From contig JBNGIO010005690.1 in NCBI GenBank assembly GCA_049999805.1, forward strand, positions 1-64,000: DNA of 64,000 nt. The letters run 5' to 3'. Both the position numbers and the translations under genes were made by a program. Below are positions 22,850 to 35,500 of the stretch, piece by piece. Origin of the DNA: Folioceros fuciformis. Lineage: Eukaryota. Each line of letters opens with the position of its first letter. Positions within the stretch are counted from its first letter, which is position 1. Under the pieces are notes generated by a model that was not told the origin of the DNA, made no database searches, and saw only the letters and a list, made by a program, of their open reading frames with translations.

Positions 22850-25528
22850 AGTGGTGGCTGAAGGATGGCCACAGTATGGCAACCGGGCCGGTTGTGGACC
22901 CAACAAAATGGTGTCTGTACAAGGATTCCAAGAGGAGCTCCCGCTCACTCCAATTCTGGCAGTGAATGCCCGGCAACCAACCAAGCCTGTAGGTGTAAGA
23001 GTGGAAGAAGCCCACCACTTTCACTTCTGAGAAAATGCGTGGATGGGAAGGGATTTTCCAGCGATGGTCGTCGCAAGGAGCAGGAGCACTTGTGGAAACA
23101 GTTCTTTCTGGAGCCTACCATGTGGTGGGACAACAGACGAGATAAGAAGAGCTCCCGTGCGCCTGACTCCAGGCGGAAGGGATTTCGCAAGATCCTGTGG
23201 TCAAATAGCTTCTCTAGGCCAGGTTGGGTTGTAGAGCAGCTCGTGTCCTTGGATGTGCAGATAGGTCATGGTAGGTCCTTCCAGGTCGAGTTTTTTCGGA
23301 AGATCCTGAACCCGGCAGGCCAGAAGGATCTGGAATTTGGTCCTTGAGCGGCAGTGTTGGGAGCCCAGCGCTTTCCCTTGAAGGTGAATGTGTGGATGGG
23401 GATCGCCAGGAGTGGGAGCACTTGTTTCAGCAATGTTTCCTGGACCCTACGGTGCGGTGGGACGACATATGAGAGAAGAGCTGTCGTTCGCCTGAATTTC
23501 GGCGTAAGGGGTCCGGTGAGGTCCTGAGATTGAACAACAAGTCTAAGCCAGGTTGGATGGATGGGCAGCTCGTACGTTGAATGTGCAGATGGGTTGCGGT
23601 GCCTTACCTTCCAAGTCGAGCTCTCAGGATAAGCCTGAACCTGGCAGGCGTGAAGGGTCGGGAATGAGTGTCGTCCCGGCTGGAACCGTGAACATATCAT
23701 GTCAGCAGGGGAAGCTTTCTGAGGCCGTTGAAGCCCTGGAATCTCTGGCGCAGACAGGCTCCATGTGTTTCACTGTGCTGAAACTGTGAGCAGGTGAGAA
23801 GCATTTGGTCATGGGGCGACAAGTTGATGATCTGGCTGTCAAACTTCGGTACGATTCGAATGCATGTTCGGTGAATCATATCGTGCGCATGTATGCATCT
23901 GGAGGTAGGCTAGACGAGGCCATGGATGTGCTCACTAGGGTGGACAAACAAGATGTCTTCATGTGGTCTTCCATAATCTCTGTATATGCTAAGCACGGGA
24001 AACCTAGGGAGGCTATCCAACTGTAACGGGATATGCCCATGTCAGGGGTGGTGGCGAATGCCCCCGTCTTTGTAGCGACCCTTCTAGCTTGTGCACTTGC
24101 CAGCGACTTGGAATCTGGCAGAAAATTGCGTGGTGAGGTGTCGCACAGTGGCATCCCGACTGACTCGTTTGTTGGCAACTGCTTGGTGCACATGTATCCA
24201 AAACGTGGGGAACTGAAAGATGCAAGCCAGGTTTTTGACAGCATTGCTGGCCACGAAGGATGTGGTGACACGGAATGCTCTTATATCTGGGGATGCAAAA
24301 TGTGGTGCGATGAAAGATGCATGCCAGGATTTTGACAGCATGAGCACGAAGAATGTGGGGACACGGAATGCCCTGATAGCTGGGTATGCCGAGCAAGGGC
24401 TTGGACATGAGGCTCGTGTTTTGTAAGGGCAAATGGAGCAGGAGGGGCTAATTTGGGCCAACAATGTTAGTTTCGCTTGCTTTCTATTGCCTGTGGAAGC
24501 GCCGGTGGCTTACAGAGGGGCAGGGAGCTGCACTCACAGATTGTGGAAAGAGGACTGCTGGATAACGTTGTTTTGGGCACTGGCCTGGTAGACATGTATG
24601 CAAAATGTGACGAACTGGAGGATGCACGCCAGTTGTTCGACAGCATGAAGACACAGAATGTGGCGACATGGAATGCCCTGGGTATGGAACTTTTGATGAT
24701 GGTGAGAGAGCACTAGCTGGTTTTCAGTAATATTAGTTGCCGGCATTCTGCCTGATGGTGCTACTTTTAGTTGCCTTCTAGTGGCGTGCAGTCATGAGGG
24801 ACTGGTGGAGGAGGGTCGCAAGCTCTTTCATTCCGTGCCTGAACAGCATGGCATCGATCCTACAACTGAGCATTGCAATTGCATGATTGATCTCTCCGGG
24901 CGTGCAGGCCATCAAAGAAATGTTGTGGGCGAGAGGTCTTTTTTGAATGCCTGCAGAAATCACGGGGATATAGAGACTGAGGGCAATAAGGTGTTTTGAG
25001 AGAATTGTCAAGCTGGACCCCCAGCGAGCGTCTGCCTACGTCCTCATGGCCCATGACTATGCAGATGCAGACGCCGGTAGGTGGACCGATGTAGACTTGA
25101 TTGAAACACAGAGAAAGGCAGCAGGAGCGAGCAAGAAACTTGCAGTGCCAAGCATTGAGGTGAGGAAGGTGGTACATACATTTGCGATGGGAGAAAACAG
25201 AGATGATATTGCGCTCAAGGTAGGTAGAGTGCACGAATGCACTTCTGAAGCAGGAAGGAGGCCACGTACCTAACACAAAGTGGGAGTTGAATCCACTACC
25301 TGAGAAGGAAAAGGAAGGTGTCATTTCTGGGAATGCGGAGAAGCTAGCTCTGGCGTTTGGTCTCTTGAACACCCCAGCTGGAACGCCTATGGTGGTAACG
25401 AAGAACCTACGCATGTGCACGCACAGAAATTATGTCAAGGCTTGTATACAAAGTCATTGTTGTAAGGGATGGGTATCGTGTGCATCGATTCACAAATGGT
25501 TGTTGCAGTTGTAATGGTCGACCCTTAG
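22850..25528 (+). pseudogene. PLS-type PPR gene with N-terminal PDF-like motifs and a C-terminal DYW:KP (GRP-ending) domain, disrupted
   Basis: PPR fragments (DVFMWSSIISVYAKHG, LVDMYAKC, ACSHEGLVEEG, EHCNCMIDLSGRAG), followed by KKLAVPSIEV, GNAEKLALAFGLLNTPAGTPMVVTKNLRMC and VVRDGYRVHRFTNGCCSCNGRP; several stops and frameshifts. Confidence 0.88.
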
Positions 25529-25916
25529 GACTGTGTAAAACCAACGAGGCCTCTGGTGTGTAAGTCAGCGAACATTGTTTCCATTCTTGGATAAGCGTGC
25601 TCACCCCACTTCAATCCCTTCCAAACCCAGACATGGGTGGCGAACACCGAGTCGCACCTCATCGTGACAGAAATGACCACAATTGAGTCTTCCTGTCTGT
25701 ATCGATATGCCTCATCTAGAGTGAGCTCATTACACTTCATCTACTACGAATACATTTCTCGTTCTGGGATGAAGGCCTTCTAGACTGATCAGAAATTTAA
25801 GTGTCAACCAGTCAATATTGTACAGAGGCGGAGGAAGTTTGTGGCCGTTTGCGAAAACCATGTTGGCTTCTTTCCACTACTGTTGACAGACCAAAGAGAA
25901 GGAACGAGATTCACTG

Positions 25917-27570
25917 CTACTTATTCAGGTCCACCGAGTGAAGGACACTGCCAAAGGCGTCGTGGAAGAGCATTCGCAATGAGTCCGACGCCACAGACAC
26001 CGAGACAAATCCTTGGCCATCGTAATAGAACTGAGCCCCATTTTCGGTGTCGGGGGTTCTGACATTCTTCCAAGCCTTGGATCCACCTCCACTTGTTATA
26101 TACCGAAGCTTACTGCACACGGCAAATACGAGTGTGAGGTCCTGAAACTCCTGGATCCTTCTTCCGAGCGTTTAAGGACGAAAGCAAAGGAGGGAAGCAA
26201 AATGTAACCTGTCTTGACTCTTGATGTCTTGGAGGGTGTGATCGTGACCGTTAATATATAAGTCTACCTTGTATGCCTGGACAGAGAAAGTGAACAACAT
26301 TCATCACCCATGGCTCTTTTCTCTACCACCGCACGATGGACAAAAAACTTACACATGCTGACCTTTAACAGGGGATTCACAACTTCTGCCACGTCAGTTG
26401 TATCACCGTGTACACCGGTACTTCGAATTGTATGATGACCTATCACCAGCTTCCACGTGGCATTTGAGCTCCTCAAGTTCGATTCCAAACGCTGTGGTCA
26501 CACGCACCGTTTTGTTGAGGGCGATCCGCAGAATGAGGAGCCGTTCTCGTGGAGAGTATGAAGGAGAAACGATACATACCAGTGCCTGTAGCCGCAACTG
26601 CTCCTCGCGAGGTTCCAGAAGGCCATCCCAGTAGTGTTTATGGGACGCGTTAACAGACCAGTAGTCGTTTACAAACGGGGTCGTGTCGATGAAGAAGAAT
26701 TCAATGGAGCTGTCGCATGTGCCTGTAGAGAGAACAAGCTCAGAACAACGTAGCACGCCACGTGTCCATCATTTTGCTGGCTTTCATAGGATGAGCCGCG
26801 TGCTTAAGTGGATTTGCGGGCTGACAACAAAACCATTCTCAAACCGCCACGTTTCATCGTCGTAAAAGAGCTTGCCTACCTGTTTGAGCTGACTTGCTAC
26901 ACAGAGGAAGTAGTAGCTCAAATTCCCTTTGACACCACCACCGGCCATCCCTTCGCTTCAAAGTCTCACTCAATTGTGCAGGAACATTGCCTCTGTAGTC
27001 GTGATTCCCCAAGACTGGTCTTCGACAGTCCGATACGTAGGCACATTAGGTGAGGCGAACGGCCTCAAAAGCTAACGCTAGAAATGCAGACAACAACGCA
27101 ACATCGCACCTGTGAACCAAGTCTTTCGCAAGCTCGGGGCTGTGTAGATATCAGAATACGAAGTTTCGAACTGGGGATCATCTTCCCCATCTAGTCCGTA
27201 GTCATAGAAATTGTCCCCTGTAGATACGATAAAATCAATATTGAGTTCTTCCCCTACTCGCCCCATCTGTCAGACACCATACCATTAGTTAGAAACCACC
27301 CAAGGCAGCCTCACGACATTCTGAGGGAGCGCTTCTCAGTCCTGCGCGAGACAACAACCTGCTCCGCGACAAAGGTTTGATTGTAGTTGCCATCACGCCC
27401 CCAGTCGCCAACAACCAAAAAGTTCAGCGGGTAAACAGACGACGAGTCTGCCCGGAACGCTGGGCCAGGCCTCCAAGTGACATATCCAATGCAAACGCCA
27501 AGGATCAAAGCTGCAGCTATGAGCAGAGTCAGAGCTTTAGTCCATGACTTCACTCGAGACCCTCTTCCCT
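25917..27570 (-). CDS. Purple acid phosphatase (small, PAP17/TRAP-like), multi-exon; 5' end uncertain
   Basis: All five metal-ligand motifs occur across exons (GDWG, GDNFY, LGNHDY, VIGHH, NGHDH), plus TSGGGSKAW and an N-terminal hydrophobic anchor; stop at 25917. No in-frame ATG was identified, so there is probably an upstream exon. Confidence 0.9.
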
Positions 27571-28773
27571 GTGTCTGCCACCGTAAATTCCATCACGCCG
27601 TCACCAGAAAGCTCATCACAGATAGACGGAAAGGATCCTGTCTTGACCGTTGTACCTCAATCACATCGTCAAGCCTCGAATAGCCGATCTCGTGATCGAG
27701 CATGATGCGGGCCATTCCCTTCGCCCCTCGATTCCACAGGTCGTCAAGCTTCCAGATAACAGATCTATCCTTCGAGATGTTAAAATATCGAGCGGGTGGC
27801 TGTGGTCACCTACACACACCGTACCGAGAACGAGCGGAGCTAAAGCACATGCGGGAGCGCAAACCACGAGCTCATCAGCTTGGAAGCCGACAGGAATACG
27901 CTCCGGAATTGAAGAGAAACAATCAAAATCACTTCTCGAAAGAACAAGAATCAGCAAGAATCACTTCCAAGCGCCGTACGCTACATTCCCAAGCACGAGG
28001 TTCCCACCCCCGATCACAATACAGTAACCTCGCGCCATCACCGTCATCAGATTTCGCAACACGAACGCACAAGGAAACAGAGAGCAGAAGCCCGCGCACC
28101 TCCGCCTGCCGTCAGCCGGCTGCCGCGCTCCTCACCTGCCTCCGGAGGCGAGGCTGCCGTGGCGTGCACGCAGTGTGGAGGAGACAAAGGCACTGCGGCC
28201 CTCGTCAGTGCCTTACCTGAGGTCGCACCTCGCCCGGACGATGGATCAGCCGTGGAATATCCCCGACAGCAACTCCGTTGTATGCTCGCTTTCATCAACT
28301 CGACGCAACCGAGTACAGTCCAGGTGCCGTGGAACATGAAACAAGATGGCGTGTTAAAACACCGTCGACTCCCACGGCGAGTGTCGGGCTAAGCATGTCA
28401 TTCCGCAGGCCCTGATTGACTCGTATAGTCGGGCCGTCACCGGCTCGCGACCGGGAGTAGCCAGTTGCAGGTGGCGACCAGTATCTCGTTGGCATGTACC
28501 TTTGAACCGCAGCATATGCTGTGGGACTTGCTGATTGGACAATTTTGGGCACATAAAGGCACCACGATTGGGAATAGTAGTTTTTTGATGTCCCAGATAG
28601 CAGGAGTGCAGCAGGTTGAGGACTCAAGGGGTAGGTAGAACTGAAAAGTGCGCGTGGACAAATCGCGGGTAGCAGGATGCAGCTTGGCGTGTATCACATT
28701 CCAGTGGTCAGAGCCTGTCCATTCTTTTAACCGATATATCAGATCTGAGAAAGAGTCGTGGCAGAAGAGAACG

Positions 28774-29997
28774 CTACTTGGCAGATGCAGGACGGTCCCT
28801 GGGTGTCACTGTGACAGACGAAGGTACTGAGTTCTTGTTTTTCTTCTTGAGGTTCCTCTTTTGCTTCCTAGTCATGGTCTCCGATACCTTTTTGGACACT
28901 GGAGGAAGTAATGCAGGGCTGGCTGCAGCTGATTTCACACTGCTAGTTATTACCACCACTTCAACCTGCTCACTCTTGGTGGTCGAGGACGTGGTGGAAG
29001 CTTGGGGTGGTGAAGGCAGGTTCTCTTTCTCTGGAGGGCTGATCTCGGGCTTCCACACTGTGTCTGCAGGCTTGTCTAGGGGGGACGGTGGTGCCTGCTC
29101 GGCGCCAGTGCCCGTCCCAGTCCCAGTCTCAGGGGTAGTGCCTATGAGGGTCTGGACCAGGGACTCCAAGACGGAAGGCTCCAGAGCGGATGGCTCATCC
29201 AGGTCATCCTCCTGGACAAAAGAGAAGCCAGAGGAGCCAGAAGGGGAGGAGGAGAGGGAGGGGGAGAAAGACAAAGAACGCTGCCAGCCCTGCTGCTGCT
29301 GGGGCTCCGTGACCTTGGATGATGGGGCACTGCGCTTTCTTCTCTTCTCCTGGCCTTGCTCGCAGTCGGGAAGAGCAAGCAGCATCTCTGCATCATGAAA
29401 TGCTGATGACCCCGATGCAAATCTGGGCTTGAAGTAATCATCTTGACCAACTGCATGGGCTGCAGCCTGCACCCAGAACATGCATGCATTAGCCTGTGCC
29501 TCCAGGGCCTTCTCGGCCCAGCCCCGCCCATTCACCCGCTGCAGCGCCAGGATGAGGGCCTGCAGGGCTGTCAGAGCGGCTGCTGCTGCCAGGAACAGAG
29601 GCTCATTGTGGCCCCAGCCAGCGGCCTTTATTTTGCTCTCGGATCCACTCCCAGTGCTACCACTACCGTCCCCCTTGCAGCCAGGCCTCTTCCCCGTCCA
29701 CGGCACACCCTTGAGGGTACTGAATGCAGTGCTGCACAGGCAACACGACATGGGGCATGCACATGTGGCACACATCTTCTGCTCATACACGCAGCTCACG
29801 CTGCTGCTGTTTATGGACGACTCATGGCTACCGTCCTGCCTACTGCTAGAGCTCCCGCTACTGCTAGACTGGTCGGTGCCTTTGACGGCACCGGCCTTGA
29901 GCTGAGCCTCCCCTGTAGGCTGACTAGTGACAGTGTGTATCACTATCTTGTTACCGCTATTCCTTGGGGCTGGCCTCCGTCGCAGAACGGTGGCCAT
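28774..29997 (-). CDS. Hypothetical protein (407 aa), Ser/Pro-rich with a Cys cluster and a basic C-terminus
   Basis: Long ATG-initiated ORF; no recognisable family. Confidence 0.55.
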   Translation of the reverse strand: MATVLRRRPAPRNSGNKIVIHTVTSQPTGEAQLKAGAVKGTDQSSSSGSSSSRQDGSHESSINSSSVSCVYEQKMCATCACPMSCCLCSTAFSTLKGVPWTGKRPGCKGDGSGSTGSGSESKIKAAGWGHNEPLFLAAAAALTALQALILALQRVNGRGWAEKALEAQANACMFWVQAAAHAVGQDDYFKPRFASGSSAFHDAEMLLALPDCEQGQEKRRKRSAPSSKVTEPQQQQGWQRSLSFSPSLSSSPSGSSGFSFVQEDDLDEPSALEPSVLESLVQTLIGTTPETGTGTGTGAEQAPPSPLDKPADTVWKPEISPPEKENLPSPPQASTTSSTTKSEQVEVVVITSSVKSAAASPALLPPVSKKVSETMTRKQKRNLKKKNKNSVPSSVTVTPRDRPASAK

Positions 29998-31075
29998 TGT
30001 CAGCGGTAAGAATCAGACAATTACTGCAAGACATACACCTTGCCCGACACTCAAAAGCAAACAACACTTATCTTCCTCTCCGCAGTTGTGTCCTATAAGC
30101 TGCACTGCCCTCCACAACACCGAACCCCAAGCCCGGCTATGGCACCCAACAACTGTGCACGATCCAACGCTGCCACACCCCTCGACATAACAATCAGAAC
30201 CTCTTTACCTCCAAGCCCGCACCTTACCCCTTACCTCCTTCCCTGCAACCCAATCCTACGGAATGCGACACAACACCCATACCTTGCCTCCCCTCGCTGC
30301 AACCAAAATCTACATACCTTTCTGTCCAATCACCACGGAGCAAGCAAGCCTTGCTGAAATCGAACAACTAGGTGAATCCACACATGCAACCTAATCCTTC
30401 ACCGGTAGTCCCGCACTGCATCTGTGTAAGAGAAGGCCTTACCCTAGCAAACCCTACCTGTGCCAGATACCCTTCACTAATCGAGACCGGTCGTGGTTCG
30501 TGGAGAAGTGACAGAAGCCAGCCAGATTAGCAAGGGGAAGAGACGATCCCCGATACAGGGCGGCCCTCCCTATGCGTGCAGGGACAAAATTGAAAGACTG
30601 AAATCGAAACTGTTTCATACCTCAGGAGAGCCGATGCTGCCAAGATGTCACCTGGTTTGAACCTGCCAAACGCTGCGCAGCCGCCTCTTGCAGATCGGGA
30701 ACTCCAGAAACCCCGACAGACCGGACTCAGAAGCAACGAGGAAGAGGTGCAGCAAGGGAAAGGAAGGGAACTAATACGCAGGGTTCTTGATAACAGCAGC
30801 GATCAAACCAACAAACAGCATAGCCGGGAGGTACGCTTTTTTGAGGAGAAGAAAGGAAACAAGGAAAACAATCTGAAGAAACAGGACAAAGCAGAAGTCT
30901 ACCATGAGGCCAGGCTGATGGGAAATCGGGGGCAGAGAAGGAGAGGAAAGAATGAGGCGGCCTCCATCGCAAAGCACATGTGAGAGCCTTCCAAGGGACG
31001 TGAGATCCTCCACCGGGCGCGACGCTTGCCTCTAGACCCTTTGACATCCGGAATTTCTGGGATACGTATGCGTAG

Positions 31076-32185
<1,110 letters not shown>

Positions 32186-32543
32186 CCAGGAGTGGGGACT
32201 CGTTTCGAGTGTGATCTGTTACGAGGTTCACGTGTGACTGTGCACTGGTGCACTCGGAATCTCGAGTGCGCATCATTTTTCTGCTCCTATTCGCTTCTGT
32301 TACACGAGAACCAGGAGGTGGAGCCATTCATACTTTGCCCGTAAAAGTTGCAACACTCAGCAAGTGATCAGATTTTCGGACATCAGACACTCTGTATTGT
32401 TTTGAACATGGGACTTCCGATGTCTTGCATATCGTTAACGGCTGATGAGTTTGCTGGCCCAGTTCATACGACACATCCTTCATCTCTCAATCAGACTACT
32501 GGATATGATTGCTCACCTAGACACTGTCCACACACCCAAAATG

Positions 32544-35500
32544 TCAGCGTGCCTGCAGTAGTGATCTTCCTCTCCGTGACGAGGCCATCTGTGGCACATA
32601 TCCATCGTTCTGCGTTTTCAGAAACACTTGCTCTATCTTTCCTGGACCGTCGGGATGCCTCTTATCCCGAACCAAAAATCTGTGGCCAACGCCGTCGACG
32701 TCTGTCCACCAGCTCTGGCCCGGCTGCTTCCATGCCCTCATTCTTTTCCTCCTCTCCTGCATCTCCTGTGCCTGCTCCCACATTTGGGCACCCAAGTATA
32801 TGTTTGACATCGACACGTACGCTGCAGCGTTTTTTTCGTCTAGCTTCACTGCTTGCTCGAAAGCGTGAAGTCCAACCTCCACGTTGCCCCACTTTCGGCA
32901 AGCACCCAGCAGAGTGTGCCAGACTGCAGCACTGGGAGGTCCTGGCATTGTCCTTGCCAAAGCTAGTCCCTCATCCAGTTGGCCTGCACGACCCAGGAGG
33001 TCTACCATGCACGTGTAGTGTTCCACGGTGGGTTTGATGCCGTAATGTTTGCTCATTGATGCGAAGTATTCCCTCCCCTTCCTAACTAGACCCGCATGGC
33101 TGCATACCGTTAGTACACTAAGGAATGTGATGCCCACTGGTTGAATCCCGTCCTCTCTCATTTCTCGCACCAAGTTGAACACCACGTCACTATCTCCTTG
33201 AAAGGCGTAGCCTGCAATCAGTGCACTCCATGTGACAACGTCTCTGTGAGGCAATGCATCAAACACGCGCTGTGCAGCAACCATGCTCCCGCATTTTCCA
33301 TACATGTTAATCAAACTGCTGGCTACAACCGTATCAGCTTGGAGTCCTTGCCGCTTTACCTGTAGGTGCAGCTGTCTTCCCAGATGCAAAGCGGCTACAT
33401 TTGCACATGCCTGTAGGAGGCACATAAATGTCACCGAATTTGGTAGCGCAACGCTCTCCATTTGCATTGCACTGTAAAGCCGAAAGGCTTCCTGGCACAT
33501 TCCCTGCTGAGTATACCCAGCGATCATGGCATTCCATGTGACCAGGTCTTTTCGGCCAAGTCTATCAAACACCAGACGCGCGTCTTCTAGGCTTCCACAC
33601 TTTGCGTACATGTTTACCAAACTACTGGCTACGAACATGTCAGCTTGGTGTCCTCGTTTGGTAATTTGTACGTGAAGCTGCTTGCCCTTCTTCAGGGCTG
33701 GGGAGCCCAGATTTGCACATGCCTGTAGGAGGCACACAAATGTCACGGAATTGGGTATGCACATGCCTTCTTCTTGCATAGCATTGTACAGACCAAGAGC
33801 TTCCTGGGCCATGCCCAGGTGGGAATACCCCGCGATCATGGCATTCCATGTCACCACGTCTTTTTGACGGAGTCCATCAAACACGCTCTGAGCGTCTTCC
33901 AAGCTACCACACTTGGCATACATGTTCACCAAACTGTTGGCTACGAATCGATCTGCTTCATGTCCTTGTTCTCGAACTTGAGCATGAAGCTGCTTCCCCA
34001 TTTCCAGAGCTGTTTCGCCCACACTTGCACATGCCTGCAGGAGGCTCACAAACGTTACGGAATTGGGCACAGCAATGCCTCCTTCTTGCATAATATTGTA
34101 CTGGCGGAGGGCTTCCTGGCCCATGCCCTGCTGGGAAAGTCCTGCTATCATGGCATTCCATGTCACATTATCTTTTTGATCAAGTCCGTCGAAAAGTCCC
34201 TGAGCATCTGCTACGCTTCCACACTTTGCATACATGTTCACCAAACTGCTGGCTACAAACTCGTCAGCTATATGTCCTCGGTCTCTAATCCGTTCATGAA
34301 GCTCCTTTCCTATTCCCAAAGCTGGGACGCCCACACTTGCACAGGCCTGCAAGAGGCATACATAAGTGACAGAGTCAGGTTCAACCATCGCTTCTTCTTG
34401 CATAGCGCTGTAGAGACGGAGGGCTTCGCTCCCCATGCCCTGCTGGGAATAGCCTGCTATTAGCGCATTCCATGTCACCACATCCTTTTGACCAAGTTCG
34501 TCAAACACCCTTTGAGCGTCTTCCAAGCTACCACACTTTGCATACATGTTTACCAGACTGTTAGCTACAAACACATCAGCCTGGTAGCCTTGCTCTCTAA
34601 TGTCTAAATGAAGCTGCTTTCCATTCTCCAAAGCTGCAGTGCCCACACTTACACATGCCTTCAGGAGGCAGACAAATGTCACCGAAGTGGGAAAAGCAAT
34701 GCCTTCCCTTTGCATAGCACTGTAAAGACCAAGGGCTTCCTGGCCCATGCCCTGCTGGGTATATCCTGTTATCATGGAATTCCACGTCACAGCATCTTTT
34801 CTACTCAGTCCGTCGAAGACTCTTTGAGCGTCTTTCAGGCTGCCACACTTTGCATACATGTTTACCAAGCTATTGGCTATAAATGCATCAGCCTGGTATC
34901 CCAGTTTTCTAAGTTGTGCATGAAGCTGCTTCCCCTTCTTCAAAGCTGGGGTGCCCACACTTGCGCATGCCTGCAGGAGGCACACAAAGGTCACAGAATC
35001 GGGTACAGCAATGCCTTCATCTTGCATAGCGCCGTAGAGTTGAAGGGCTTCCTGACCCATGCCCTGCTGGGCATACCCTGCAATTAGAGCAGTCCATGTC
35101 ACCACATCTTTTGCACTAAGTCTATCAAACACTGTTTGAGCGTCCTCCAAGCTGCCGCACTTGGCATACATGTTCACCAGACTACAGGCTACCACGACAT
35201 CAGCCTGATGACCGTGTTCTCTAATTTGAGCATCCAGCTGTTTCCCCATCTTCAAAGCGGAGGGACCCACACTTGCACAGGCCTGCAGGAGGCATAGATA
35301 CGTAACGGAATCAGGTATAGTCATGCCTTCTTCTTGCATGAGACTGTACAGGCGAAGGGCCTCCTGCCCCATGCCCTTCAGAGAATACCCTGCTATTAGA
35401 GCATTCCAACTCGTGACATCTTTTTGGCCAAGACCGTCGAATAATCTTTGAGCATCTTCCAAGCTGCCACACTTTGCATACATGTTCACAAGACTATTAC

